From the NCBI GenBank assembly GCA_963798955.1, contig CAWCVO010000002.1, positions 615,637 to 679,636 of the forward strand: a stretch of DNA of 64,000 bases, read 5' to 3'. Source of the stretch: an uncultured Chloroflexia bacterium. GTDB taxonomy: Bacteria; Chloroflexota; Limnocylindria; Limnocylindrales; CSP1-4. Below the pieces are notes generated by a model. It searched no databases and had not been told where the DNA came from. It was given only the letters and a program-made list of their open reading frames with translations. Below are positions 8,002 through 17,626 of the stretch, piece after piece. Position numbers and translations under genes: made by a program. How positions within the stretch are numbered: the stretch's first letter is position 1; the number at the start of each line of letters is the position of its first letter.

Positions 8002-8982
8002 TCACTGCAGCTCCTGTGTCACCAGTTGGTCGACGGTCAGCGATGACGGGATCGTCTGCTCCGGGAGGCCGCGCATGAAGTCGAGCGATTGCTGCCACCC
8101 GGCGCTGTCGATTGCGCCCAACCCGTGCTGGTCAGTGTACGGGCTGCGCCACATGCCGATCGTCGCCTGGAGGATGGCCAGTTGGGTGGCGCTGTCCGAG
8201 CCCAGATCGGGCACCGCTGCGATCGAGTCGTCGAGGCCGAGTTGCGGGTTGGCGCTGATCTCGCGCATCGCCTGGAGGGTCGCCACGGTGAAGGTCTTGA
8301 GAGCCGCGCCCTTGCTGGCCAGGGTGCTCGTGCCCACGACCAGGCCCGGGCCCGGTAGCGGCACGATGGTGTCCACGGCGAGCACGTTCGTCGCGAAACC
8401 CTGCTGCTGCAGCTGGATCGGTTCGTTGTTCAGGAAGCCGGTCGCGGCATCGACCTGGCCCTGCTGGAGCGCGACGGCCTGCCCGTAGTCGGGGTAGAGC
8501 TTGATGGTCAGGTCGTTCGGGGTCAGGTTCGCCGACGAGAGCAATGCCTGGAGCATGACCCAGCTCGACCCGCACCGGCACGGGATACCCAGGCTCTTGC
8601 CCTTCAGGTCGGCGACCGTGGTGATGCCACCGCTTGCGGCGGTCAGCACGATGCTCGGGAATTGGGCGTAGATCGTGGCCCCGTAGAGGACCGGAATGCC
8701 CTGGGCGACCGCGGGAATGATGCTCGTGCCGTCGCCGATGCCGATGTCGATCGCCCCCTGGCCGACGAGAGTGATCAGGTTGGGGTCGGCCTGGTTCTGG
8801 AACGTGACGTCCAGGCCGGCCGCGGCGTAGTAGCCCTGGCGCTGCGCGCGGTAGAACTGCGCGAACTGGACGCTCGGGATGTAGCCCAGGCCGACCGTCA
8901 GCTTGACCGGGGCGGCGGAAGCCGGCGGTGAGGGCGCAGGTGCGGTGCAGGCCACGACCAGGACGAGGCCGATCAGCACCAT
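8002..8982 (-). CDS. ABC transporter substrate-binding lipoprotein, NMT1/THI5-like (NitT/TauT family)
   Basis: Signal/lipobox MVLIGLVLVVACTAP, then KLTVGLGYIPSVQFAQFYRAQRQGYYAAAGLDVTF..., the SsuA/ThiY/NMT1 fold. Confidence 0.8.
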   Translation of the reverse strand: MVLIGLVLVVACTAPAPSPPASAAPVKLTVGLGYIPSVQFAQFYRAQRQGYYAAAGLDVTFQNQADPNLITLVGQGAIDIGIGDGTSIIPAVAQGIPVLYGATIYAQFPSIVLTAASGGITTVADLKGKSLGIPCRCGSSWVMLQALLSSANLTPNDLTIKLYPDYGQAVALQQGQVDAATGFLNNEPIQLQQQGFATNVLAVDTIVPLPGPGLVVGTSTLASKGAALKTFTVATLQAMREISANPQLGLDDSIAAVPDLGSDSATQLAILQATIGMWRSPYTDQHGLGAIDSAGWQQSLDFMRGLPEQTIPSSLTVDQLVTQELQ

Positions 8983-8999
8983 CAGACGACGTAACACGA

Positions 9000-9773
9000 C
9001 TACCTCCACGCTCCCACCAACGCCCGTTCGGCGAGCACTACGAGCAAGTACAGGGCCACGCCGATGCCGGCGATCGTCACCAGCGTGGCGAACATGAGCG
9101 GGATGTCGAACAGGCTCCCGCGCGCGATGTTGATGAGCACGCCCAGGCCGCGGTCGGCCCCGGCCCACTCGCCGACGATGGCGCCGATGACCGCCAACGT
9201 GACGCCGACGCGCATGCCGCCCAGGATCTGTGGCAGTGCCGCGGGCAGCTCGAGGTCACGGAACAACTGCCAGCGATTGGCCCGCAGGCTGCGACCGAGT
9301 TCGATCAGGCGCGCGTCGACCGAGCGAATGCCGACCATGGTCGAGACGGCGACCGGGAAGAAGACGATCAGGGCGCAGATGGCAACCTTGGGGGCAAGCC
9401 CGGTGCCCAGCCAGAGCACCAGCAGCGGCGCCAGAGCCAGGATGGGCGTCGCCTGGGCGGCCACGATGTACGGCGACAGCAGACGCTCGGCCAATGACGA
9501 GCGGGCGAGCAGATAGCCGACCACCAGCGCGATCGCCGCGCCGACGACGAAGCCGAGGATGATCTCCGAGAGAGTCGCCGCTACGTGCGGCTCGATCAGG
9601 CCGCTGGTCCAGGCGTCGACCAGCTTCTGGCCGACCACCTCAGGTGCGGGCAGGATGAAAGCCGGGTAGCTGCCGACGACCACGATGACCTTCCAGGCGA
9701 GCAGGAAGACCACTGCGGCAGCGAGCACGGGCAGGCCCACACGCACGAGCGCTGATCGTCGATTGGCAGCCAT
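9000..9773 (-). CDS. ABC transporter permease (NitT/TauT family)
   Basis: MAANRRSALVRVGLPVLAAAVVFLLAWK...EIILGFVVGAAIALVVGYLLARS...ATPILALAPLLVLWLG, binding-protein-dependent transport system inner membrane component. Confidence 0.85.
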   Translation of the reverse strand: MAANRRSALVRVGLPVLAAAVVFLLAWKVIVVVGSYPAFILPAPEVVGQKLVDAWTSGLIEPHVAATLSEIILGFVVGAAIALVVGYLLARSSLAERLLSPYIVAAQATPILALAPLLVLWLGTGLAPKVAICALIVFFPVAVSTMVGIRSVDARLIELGRSLRANRWQLFRDLELPAALPQILGGMRVGVTLAVIGAIVGEWAGADRGLGVLINIARGSLFDIPLMFATLVTIAGIGVALYLLVVLAERALVGAWR

Positions 9774-9774
9774 C

Positions 9775-10845
9775 TCAGCTACCCGTGCCAAATGGGTCGA
9801 ACCAGGCCGGCGAGCCGACGCGCTCGAGCACATCATGGACGGGCGCCGCGGCGGCCTCCTGCTTGGCGTATTCCGCGGGCGTGCCGGCCAGGTGGGCACG
9901 GACGAGAGCGGCCACGCGCGCGAACTCGGGACCGTCGAGCGCGGCGAGTGCCCGCGGCCGCGCGACGGGCACCGGTACGCGGGCCAGGACGCGGCCCGGG
10001 TGGGGCGACAGAACGACTATCTGGTCGGCCAGCAGGACGGCCTCGGAGATGCTGTGCGTGACGACCACGATGGTCGTGCCGGTGCGCTGCCACAGTCCGA
10101 GGAGTTCCAGGTTGAAGCGCTCGCGGGTGAGTGCATCCAGGGCACTGAACGGCTCGTCGAGGAGTAGCACCGCTGGGTCGCGGACGAGCGCGCGGGCGAT
10201 CGCCGCGCGCTGGCGCATGCCGCCCGACAGCTGGTACGGGTACGCGCGCTCGAACGAGGTCAGCCCGACCAGGCCGAGCAACTCTCGCGCGCGCTCGTAA
10301 CGCGCGACGCGGCCGACGCCGGCGAGCTCGAGCGGAAAGGCGACGTTGTCGATCGTTCGTCGCCACGGCAGGAGGCGCGGTTCCTGGAACACGAGACCGA
10401 CACGCTCGTCGGCGTCGACGACCGGATCCCCGCCGATCAGGATCTCGCCGGCGTCCGGTCTCAGTAGCCCGGCGATCAGCCGCAGGAGCGTGCTCTTGCC
10501 CGACCCGTTGGGCCCGAGCACGGCCGTCACGCCATGGTCGGCGACGTCGAAACTGATCTCCTCGAGCACGGGCAGGCGCCGGCCGTCGATTATGAACGAC
10601 CGTGTGACTTGGCGCAGATCGATGGTCGCCGTGTCCGATGTCCTCCGTTCGCGTCTCCCCAGGTGTTGGGCGAACGGGCGAGCAGCGCGTAGCGACGCGG
10701 AGCGCGCCTCGCTTCTCCCATCCGGACTGTGACCGTCGGCTCCCTGCCTGGGGATCCACCGCGCCGCATTCGCGGCGCGGGTCGTGGGCTGGCGGAGCGG
10801 TGCGATGCGCACCTCCACCGACCACCGGTCGGGAATTTCACCCAA
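9775..10845 (-). CDS. ABC transporter ATP-binding protein (NitT/TauT family)
   Basis: LGPNGSGKSTLLRLIAG, LSGGMRQRAAIARAL and LLLDEPFSALD. The ATPase domain begins about 10630 (TIDLRQVTRSF). The N-terminal ~75 aa of the maximal ORF (TTG at 10845) has no ATPase homology and is probably untranslated leader. Confidence 0.85.
   Translation of the reverse strand: MGEIPDRWSVEVRIAPLRQPTTRAANAARWIPRQGADGHSPDGRSEARSASLRAARPFAQHLGRRERRTSDTATIDLRQVTRSFIIDGRRLPVLEEISFDVADHGVTAVLGPNGSGKSTLLRLIAGLLRPDAGEILIGGDPVVDADERVGLVFQEPRLLPWRRTIDNVAFPLELAGVGRVARYERARELLGLVGLTSFERAYPYQLSGGMRQRAAIARALVRDPAVLLLDEPFSALDALTRERFNLELLGLWQRTGTTIVVVTHSISEAVLLADQIVVLSPHPGRVLARVPVPVARPRALAALDGPEFARVAALVRAHLAGTPAEYAKQEAAAAPVHDVLERVGSPAWFDPFGTGS
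10621..10845 (-). promoter_or_regulatory. long structured 5' leader of the ABC importer operon (candidate riboswitch)
   Basis: About 220 nt between the divergent promoter and the ATPase domain contain no canonical start codon. They hold conserved-looking blocks (GGGTGAAATTCCC; CAGGGAGCCGACGG...GTCCGGATGGGAGAAG...CCCAACACCTGGGGAGA). Confidence 0.4.
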
Positions 10846-10912
10846 CCCCGAAGTGAGGCGTATGTGCTTGTGACACGCAGGATAAACCTGTTGCGGCCGC
10901 TATCGTTCGGGA

Positions 10913-11566
10913 GTGCTGACGGTACTTCTGACACGCCACGGCCACACGGTCCGCTCCGAGCCCGAGCAGTACCTGGGCCAGGACGTCAATGCTCCCTTGA
11001 GCGAGCGCGGCCGCAACGATGCCCGGGCCCTCGCCACTCGGCTCGCGCCAGTCGCGATCGACAGGCTGATCACCAGCCCGCTGGGCAGGTCGCTTGAGAC
11101 AGCGGAGATCCTGGCCGCCGGTCGGTCGCTCGAGGTCGAGCCTGACAATCGCCTCGTGGAACTCAACTATGGCGCGTGGGAGGGACTGACGATCGACGAG
11201 ATCGAGCGGCGTTTTCCGGGCGAACGCGAGCAATATGACGCGAACCCGGCGATCCATCGCGTGGGCGGCGGCGAGAGCGGGTTGCAGGTGGCGGCGCGGC
11301 TGGCGACGCTGATCGACGACCTGCTCGGCTGGTGGGAGGCGACGGGTGGCGATCGGTTGTGCGTGCTGGTCGGTCATTCGTCGGTCAACCGGGTCTTTCT
11401 CGCGCTCGTGCTGGACGTGCCCCTGCCCGACTACCGGCGGCGCTTCCGACAGGATTGGGCGAACCTGACCGTGCTCGAATGGCCCGATCGGGCCTCCGGG
11501 CCGGAGTTAGTGCTGGGTAATGACCTGGCGCACACCCGCGGCGATATCGGTGTCACCTGGCAATGA
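10913..11566 (+). CDS. histidine phosphatase family protein (phosphoglycerate mutase-like)
   Basis: LLTRHGHT...SPLGRSLETAEIL...LVGHSSVNRVFLALVL, with the RHG catalytic motif. GTG start. The ATGA overlap with hutH suggests translational coupling. Confidence 0.85.
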   Translation: MLTVLLTRHGHTVRSEPEQYLGQDVNAPLSERGRNDARALATRLAPVAIDRLITSPLGRSLETAEILAAGRSLEVEPDNRLVELNYGAWEGLTIDEIERRFPGEREQYDANPAIHRVGGGESGLQVAARLATLIDDLLGWWEATGGDRLCVLVGHSSVNRVFLALVLDVPLPDYRRRFRQDWANLTVLEWPDRASGPELVLGNDLAHTRGDIGVTWQ

Positions 11567-13149
11567 GCACAACCCACGTCGTCGAGCTGACCGGCCTCGA
11601 CCTGCGCCTCGAGGACGTCGAAGCGGTGGCCCGCGGCGCGGCCGAGGCGCGCCTCGCTCCAGCCGCTCGAGAAGGGATGCTCGCGAGCCGGCGCACCATC
11701 GAAGAACTCGTGGCCTCCGGCGCGACGGTGTACGGGGTGACCACCGGCTTCGGCGACCTTGCCTCGCAGCGCATCGACCCACGCGACGCCGCGCGGCTCC
11801 AGGAGAACCTGTTGATCAGCCACGCGGTAGGCGTGGGGCCGCTGCACGGCCGCCACACCGTGCGCGCCATGATGCTCCTGCGTGCCAACGCCCTGGCGCG
11901 CGGCCAGAGTGGTTGCCGTCCGGAGATCGTCGAGCGGCTGCTCGACTTCCTGCGGCTGGGCATCCATCCCGAGGTGCCCGAGCAGGGGTCGGTGGGTGCC
12001 TCGGGAGATCTGGCGCCACTCGCACATCTCGCGTTGCCACTGATCGGCCGCGGCCACGCCGAAGTGGATGGCGAGCAGGTCGGTGGCGGTGAGGCGTTGC
12101 GTCGGCGCGGCCTGGAGCCGCTCTCTCTCGAGGCGAAAGAGGGGCTGGCGCTGCTCAACGGCACGCAGCAGATGACGGCGATGGGCGTGCTCGTGCTGCT
12201 CCACGCCGAGCGCGTGCTCGCCACGGCCACGGCTGCCGCGGCGATGTCGACCGAGGCGCTGCTGGGCACCGACGTCGCCTTTGCCGACGCGTACCAGCAG
12301 GCGCGGCCGCATCCCGGCCAGGTGCAGGTGGCAAGACAGCTGCGCAGCCTGCTGCGCGACTCGGAGCTGATGCGCAGCCACCACGGCCAGCCGCACAAGG
12401 TCCAGGACCCGTACTCGATTCGCTGCGTCCCGCAGGTTCATGGCACGGTCAGCGACGCCCTGGGTTACGTGCGCCGGGTGCTCGAGATCGAGGTCAACAG
12501 CGCGACCGACAATCCGCTTGTCTTTCCCGACGGCGCGGGCGTCGACCCGGGGGCGTCAGCGACCGGCGGCGGCCGGGTGATCTCGGGCGGCAACTTCCAC
12601 GGTGAGCCAGTCGCGCTGGCGATGGACCTGCTGGGCATCGCCCTGGCCGAGCTGGGCGCGATCAGCGAACGGCGCATCGCGCAACTGATCGATGGGCGGT
12701 CCTCCGGACTGCCGCCCTTCCTGGTCGACGAGGCCGGGCTGAACAGCGGCATGATGCTCTACCAGTACGTCGCGGCGGCGCTCGTATCCGAGAACAAGGT
12801 GCTGGGCCACCCGGCGTCGGTCGACTCGATCCCCACCAGCGCGAACCAGGAAGATCACGTATCGATGGGCCCCATTGCCGCGCGCAAGGCACGCGAGGTG
12901 GCGCGCAACGTCGAGCGCGTGGTCGCCTTCGAACTGCTGTGCGCGGCGCAGGGCCTCGACTTCCGCATCGCCGCCGGCCCGACGCCCGGTGCCGGGGTCA
13001 TGGCCGTGCATCGATTGATCCGCTCGCGGGTGACTCACCTGCGCGACGATCGCGATCCGCAACCCGACATGGCAAGTGCTCTCGAGCTGGTCCGCGGCGG
13101 CGCCGTCGCCCGGCTGGTGGGCGATTACGCGGCCGATCCCGGCGCCTAG
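11563..13149 (+). CDS. hutH: histidine ammonia-lyase
   Basis: GSVGASGDLAPLAHLALPLIGRG, the ASG (MIO-forming) motif, with a HAL/PAL-family full-length match. Confidence 0.93.
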   Translation: MSTTHVVELTGLDLRLEDVEAVARGAAEARLAPAAREGMLASRRTIEELVASGATVYGVTTGFGDLASQRIDPRDAARLQENLLISHAVGVGPLHGRHTVRAMMLLRANALARGQSGCRPEIVERLLDFLRLGIHPEVPEQGSVGASGDLAPLAHLALPLIGRGHAEVDGEQVGGGEALRRRGLEPLSLEAKEGLALLNGTQQMTAMGVLVLLHAERVLATATAAAAMSTEALLGTDVAFADAYQQARPHPGQVQVARQLRSLLRDSELMRSHHGQPHKVQDPYSIRCVPQVHGTVSDALGYVRRVLEIEVNSATDNPLVFPDGAGVDPGASATGGGRVISGGNFHGEPVALAMDLLGIALAELGAISERRIAQLIDGRSSGLPPFLVDEAGLNSGMMLYQYVAAALVSENKVLGHPASVDSIPTSANQEDHVSMGPIAARKAREVARNVERVVAFELLCAAQGLDFRIAAGPTPGAGVMAVHRLIRSRVTHLRDDRDPQPDMASALELVRGGAVARLVGDYAADPGA

Positions 13150-13159
13150 ACTCGCCGCA

Positions 13160-13930
13160 ATGGCCGACATCCGCATCCTCGATGTCCTCGACCAGGATCT
13201 GTTCATGCGCGTCCCACCGTGCGCCGATCCGCGCTTCGATCATCGAACCTGTGACTACTGGGAGGATGCCGAACGCGGCGCGAAGGCCAGCCGGCCGGGC
13301 TGGCTGACGCCCACCGCGGTGGTCCGCCCGACGGCGCCGATCTCCGCTGACAACCCATTTGCGGCGCCCGATGAGGACATCCTCGAGAATCCCTTCGCAC
13401 CAGCCGCCCGGATTGACCTGTCGGGTGCCTTCGCCGACCAGGACCTGTTCGCGGTCCCGCTCGACAATCCGTTTGCGCCGCCGGTCGCCCGGGAGCGGCC
13501 GATGCGCGAAGGCGTGCCGCGCAAGCTGGCGCTGCTCGACCGCGGCCGCGGCGTGTTCGGCTCGTACGCCAAGGTCCTGTTGGCGGACGACGAGCCGTTG
13601 GGCTACTGCCAGTTCGGGCCGCTATCGGCATATCCGCGTGCCGTGCGGCTGCGCGATCTATACCCGCAACTACCGCAATCGCCGCTGCCCGCAGTGATCA
13701 CCTGCATTGCCACGACCAGCGCGGCGCGCCAGCAGGGGTATGCCCAGGCCCTCCTGCACGATGTGTTGCGCGACCTGGCGGAACGTGGCTTCAGCGCGAT
13801 CGAGGCCTATCCGGATCTCACCCGCGGACCTGACGAAACCAGCGGCGGCCAGCCCGGGCTGTGGCACCAGCTGGGTTTCGTGACGGCGGTCGCCAATGAG
13901 CGCTTCCCGGTCATGCGCCTGGAGTTCTGA
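13160..13930 (+). CDS. GNAT-family N-acetyltransferase with low-complexity NPF-repeat insert
   Basis: C-terminal GNAT core (LGYCQFGPLSAYP...AVITCIATTSAARQQGYAQALLHDVLRDLAERGFSAIEAYPD). The N-terminal half carries three NPFA(A/P)P repeats. Confidence 0.6.
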   Translation: MADIRILDVLDQDLFMRVPPCADPRFDHRTCDYWEDAERGAKASRPGWLTPTAVVRPTAPISADNPFAAPDEDILENPFAPAARIDLSGAFADQDLFAVPLDNPFAPPVARERPMREGVPRKLALLDRGRGVFGSYAKVLLADDEPLGYCQFGPLSAYPRAVRLRDLYPQLPQSPLPAVITCIATTSAARQQGYAQALLHDVLRDLAERGFSAIEAYPDLTRGPDETSGGQPGLWHQLGFVTAVANERFPVMRLEF

Positions 13931-14006
13931 GGCCGGAACCCCGCCCTACCGGGCGTGGCGCGACATATATGCCGCTATTTGGCATGAATACGACTAGCAT
14001 CGTGTC

Positions 14007-14990
14007 ATGCGTGCGTCGCGCCTGGTGAACCTGCTGTTACTGCTGCAGACGCGCGGCCGTATGACCGCGGCGCAGCTGTCGGCCGAGCTCGAGGTCTCGC
14101 AACGCACCATCCACCGCGACATCGAGGCGCTCAGCGGTGCCGGGATTCCGGTCTACGCAGAGCGTGGTCCGCACGGCGGAGTGAAGCTGGTCGACGGTTA
14201 CCGGACGCGGCTGACCGGAATGACCCCCGAAGAAGCGGAAGCGATATTCCTTTCGGGGGCGCCGGGGCCGGCCGCCGAGCTGGGCCTGGGGACAGTCATG
14301 GCGGCCGCGAGGTTGAAGGTCCTGGCGGCGTTGCCTCCCGAGTTGCGCTCACGGGCAGCGCGCCTCGTCGAGCGCTTCCACCTCGATGTCACGGGCTGGT
14401 TCCAGACGGCGGAGGCGGTGCCGATGCTGAGTGACCTTTCGCAGGCCGTCTGGGAGAGCCGGCCGGTCGACGTGGTCTATGACCGTGGCGATCGGCGGGT
14501 CGAGCGTCGCCTGCTCCCACTCGGCCTGGTGCTCAAGGCGGGCGTGTGGTACGTCGTTGCGCAGGCCGACGGCCAGATCAGGACGTACCGTGCCGCCCGA
14601 GTCACTCAGCTGAGCATGGCCAGCGAACGCGCGGAGCGACCCGATGACTTCGACCTGGCGGCCTACTGGGCGGAATCGACCGCCGCCTTCGAGCGTGAGA
14701 CGCCCCGCGCGGAGGTGACGCTGCGGATCGACCCGACGGCCATGGATGTGCTCACGGACATTGTTGGCGCGGCAACCGTCCGCGCCGCGGAACAGGTCAA
14801 CCCGCCCGATAGCGATCCGGCAGGTTGGACAACTCTGCGGTTGCGCATTGACTGGCCAGCCGAGATACCGGCACGCATGCTGGCTCTGGGCGCAAGTGCC
14901 GAGGTGCTCGAGCCACCTGAGCTGCGCTCACAGGTTGGGGGGTTGGCACGGCGAGTGGCGCAGCAGTATCCGGCAGGGCAGGCTGGCTGA
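14007..14990 (+). CDS. YafY-family transcriptional regulator (HTH-WYL-WCX)
   Basis: N-terminal HTH MRASRLVNLLLLLQTRGRMTAAQLSAELEVSQRTIHRDIEAL, a central WYL-like segment (WYVVAQADGQIRTYRAARV) and a C-terminal WCX. Confidence 0.8.
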   Translation: MRASRLVNLLLLLQTRGRMTAAQLSAELEVSQRTIHRDIEALSGAGIPVYAERGPHGGVKLVDGYRTRLTGMTPEEAEAIFLSGAPGPAAELGLGTVMAAARLKVLAALPPELRSRAARLVERFHLDVTGWFQTAEAVPMLSDLSQAVWESRPVDVVYDRGDRRVERRLLPLGLVLKAGVWYVVAQADGQIRTYRAARVTQLSMASERAERPDDFDLAAYWAESTAAFERETPRAEVTLRIDPTAMDVLTDIVGAATVRAAEQVNPPDSDPAGWTTLRLRIDWPAEIPARMLALGASAEVLEPPELRSQVGGLARRVAQQYPAGQAG

Positions 14991-15128
14991 GCAGCCGGCG
15001 CAGGCGGACGCGTTCGGCGATCTCGCGCTCACGTTCAGCCTGGATGATGCGCGCCAGCTCGATTGCCTGGTGGAACACGGCGGTGACTCCTGGTGTTTGT
15101 CGGGACTCCACGACCTTACGGTCGGTAG

Positions 15129-15145
15129 ATGACAACAAGTGTCAT
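15129..15145. promoter_or_regulatory. perfect palindrome ATGACA-N5-TGTCAT upstream of hutU (candidate operator)
   Basis: 6-5-6 inverted repeat 85 nt upstream of the hutU start, in an otherwise GC-rich intergenic. Confidence 0.4.
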
Positions 15146-15230
15146 AAATAGACCTGTCCAGCCTCGCCCGTGACTTCTTCCGCTGGCGCCGCAGGCCCGG
15201 CGGGGTAGACTCGGCCGGGAGGATCGTTCG

Positions 15231-16898
15231 ATGACAGTCGCAACGGGACCACGGGCAGTCCGGGCGCCGCGCGGTTCTGACATCAGCTGCCGCGGCTGGC
15301 AGCAGGAAGCGGCGTTGCGGATGTTGATGAACAACCTCGACCCTGACGTCGCGGAGAGGCCCGACGACCTGGTCGTCTACGGCGGCACCGGCCGCGCGGC
15401 GCGCAGTTGGGAAGCATTCGACGCCATCGTCCGCGAGTTGCGCCGCCTGGCCGACGACGAAAGCCTGCTGATCCAGTCGGGCAAGCCGGTGGGAGTCTTC
15501 CGGACGCATGAGTGGGCACCCCGCGTCCTGATCGCCAATTCCAACCTGGTCGGCAAGTGGGCGAACTGGGAAACCTTCCGCGAGCTTGAACGGCAGGGGC
15601 TGACCATGTTCGGCCAGATGACCGCAGGGTCGTGGATCTACATCGGCACGCAGGGCATCCTGCAGGGCACGTACGAGACCTTCGCCGAGCTTGCGCGCCA
15701 GCATTTTCGCGGGACGCTGCGCGGAAGGGTGGTGCTGACGGCCGGGTTGGGCGGCATGGGCGGCGCCCAACCGCTGGCGATCGCCATGAACGACGGCGTG
15801 GCGCTGGTCATCGAGGTGGATGAAGCACGGGCGCGACGCCGTCTCGAGATCGGCTATGTCGATCGCCTCACGGCGTCGGTCGACGAGGCGCTGGCGTGGG
15901 CGCGGGCATCCGCCGCCGATGGGGAGTCGCTGTCGATCGCACTTGTCGGCAACGCCGCGGAAATCGAGCCCGAACTCGTGCGCAGGGGCGAGCGCTTCGA
16001 TGCCGTGACCGACCAGACCTCGGCCCACGACGCGCTGAACGGCTACATTCCGGCCGGCCTCGCCCTGGCGCAGGCGGCCGACCTGCGAGTCGCGGATCCC
16101 GCCGGCTACGCTGCTCGCGCGATGGCCTCGATGGCCGACCAGGTACGCGCGATGCTGGCCCTGCAGTCGAGTGGCGCGATCACGTTCGACTACGGCAACA
16201 ACATCCGCGCGCAGGCGCAGAGCGCCGGAGTCGAGAACGCCTTCGACTTTCCTGGTTTCGTGCCTGCCTTCATCCGGCCCTTGTTCTGCGAGGGCAAAGG
16301 CCCGTTTCGCTGGGTGGCCCTGTCAGGCGATCCCGCCGACATCCTGGCCACCGATCGCGCGGTGCTCGAGCTGTTCCCAGAGAACAAGTCGCTCGCCCGC
16401 TGGATCCGCATGGCCGAGCAGCGCGTGCCCTTCCAGGGATTGCCGGCGCGCATCTGCTGGCTGGGCTACGGCGAGCGGGCGCGCGCCGGCGTGCGCTTCA
16501 ACGAGCTGGTCGCCAGTGGCGAGGTGAGTGCACCGATCGTGATCGGCCGCGACCATCTGGACTCAGGATCGGTGGCGTCGCCCAACCGCGAGACCGAGGC
16601 GATGCGCGACGGTTCTGACGCAATTGCCGACTGGCCGCTGCTCAACGCGCTGGTCAATACCGGCGCCGGCGCGAGTTGGGTGTCGATCCACCACGGCGGC
16701 GGCACGGGCATCGGCTATTCGCAGCACGCGGGCATGGTCATCGTCGCCGATGGATCCGACCTGGCCGCGCAGAAGCTCGAACGGGTGCTCACCACCGATC
16801 CCGGCACCGGGGTAATGCGCCACGCAGACGCCGGCTACGAGACGGCCATCGAGTTTGCCCGCGAGCACGGCGTGCGCATCCCCATGCTTGATCAATGA
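15231..16898 (+). CDS. hutU: urocanate hydratase
   Basis: [53 protein letters not shown]...[24 protein letters not shown], canonical urocanase. Confidence 0.95.
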   Translation: MTVATGPRAVRAPRGSDISCRGWQQEAALRMLMNNLDPDVAERPDDLVVYGGTGRAARSWEAFDAIVRELRRLADDESLLIQSGKPVGVFRTHEWAPRVLIANSNLVGKWANWETFRELERQGLTMFGQMTAGSWIYIGTQGILQGTYETFAELARQHFRGTLRGRVVLTAGLGGMGGAQPLAIAMNDGVALVIEVDEARARRRLEIGYVDRLTASVDEALAWARASAADGESLSIALVGNAAEIEPELVRRGERFDAVTDQTSAHDALNGYIPAGLALAQAADLRVADPAGYAARAMASMADQVRAMLALQSSGAITFDYGNNIRAQAQSAGVENAFDFPGFVPAFIRPLFCEGKGPFRWVALSGDPADILATDRAVLELFPENKSLARWIRMAEQRVPFQGLPARICWLGYGERARAGVRFNELVASGEVSAPIVIGRDHLDSGSVASPNRETEAMRDGSDAIADWPLLNALVNTGAGASWVSIHHGGGTGIGYSQHAGMVIVADGSDLAAQKLERVLTTDPGTGVMRHADAGYETAIEFAREHGVRIPMLDQ

Positions 16899-17626
16899 CG
16901 GCGCAACCGGCCGACGTGGCCGGTCAGATCGTCGCCATTGGCGGCGGCGGCTTCAGCGACGCGGAGCGGCTGACGCCGCTCGATCACTTCCTGCTCGAAC
17001 TGACTGGCAAGGAGCGGCCACGCGTCTGCTTCCTGGGCACGGCATCCGGTGATGCGGAGCGCTACGCCGCCAAGTTCTTCCGTGCCTATGCTGGGGTCGC
17101 CCAGGCATCTGATCTCGTGCTGTTCGGTGCGCCCACGCCCGAAGAGGTGGCCCGCCTGGTGGACCAGGACCTGGTCTTCGTCGGTGGCGGCAACACGGCC
17201 AACATGCTCGCCGTCTGGCGGTTGCACGGAGTGGACGTGGCGCTGCGGCAGGCGTGGCAGTCGGGCACGGTGCTGGCCGGCATCAGCGCCGGTGCGATCT
17301 GCTGGTTCGAGGCCTGCCTGACCGACTCCTTCGGCACCGGCCTGGCCGCATTGGCCGATGGGTTGGCGTTGCTGCCCGGATCGGCGTGCCCGCATCTCCA
17401 TGACGACGCGGCCCGCCGCACCCGCTATGCCGCGGAAATCGGTGCCGGTCGCCTGCCGCCCGGTTACGGCATCGACGACGGTGCGGCGCTCCATTTCCAG
17501 GGCCGTGAGCTGAAGGCGGTCGTCAGCGAGCTCGTGGGTAGGTCCGCCTCGCGGTTCGAGTTGCACGACGGCGAAGCGACCGAGATCAGGCTGGAGCCGC
17601 AATACCTGGCCGGGGCCACCGAATGA
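16895..17626 (+). CDS. S51-family peptidase (peptidase E / cyanophycinase-like)
   Basis: IVAIGGGGF...[10 protein letters not shown]...[20 protein letters not shown]...[11 protein letters not shown], the Ser-His-Glu triad context of peptidase E. ATGA overlaps with hutU and the next gene. Confidence 0.8.
   Translation: MTAQPADVAGQIVAIGGGGFSDAERLTPLDHFLLELTGKERPRVCFLGTASGDAERYAAKFFRAYAGVAQASDLVLFGAPTPEEVARLVDQDLVFVGGGNTANMLAVWRLHGVDVALRQAWQSGTVLAGISAGAICWFEACLTDSFGTGLAALADGLALLPGSACPHLHDDAARRTRYAAEIGAGRLPPGYGIDDGAALHFQGRELKAVVSELVGRSASRFELHDGEATEIRLEPQYLAGATE

Noticed and set aside
10621-10845. Definite assignment of the ABC leader as a TPP or cobalamin riboswitch
   Set aside because: No CTGAGA / ACCTGATC-GG-TAAT-CC-GCG-AGGGA TPP core and no B12 box (GCCACTG) could be found. 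Only a GGTGAAATTCC-like fragment is present. It is kept as an unclassified candidate leader.
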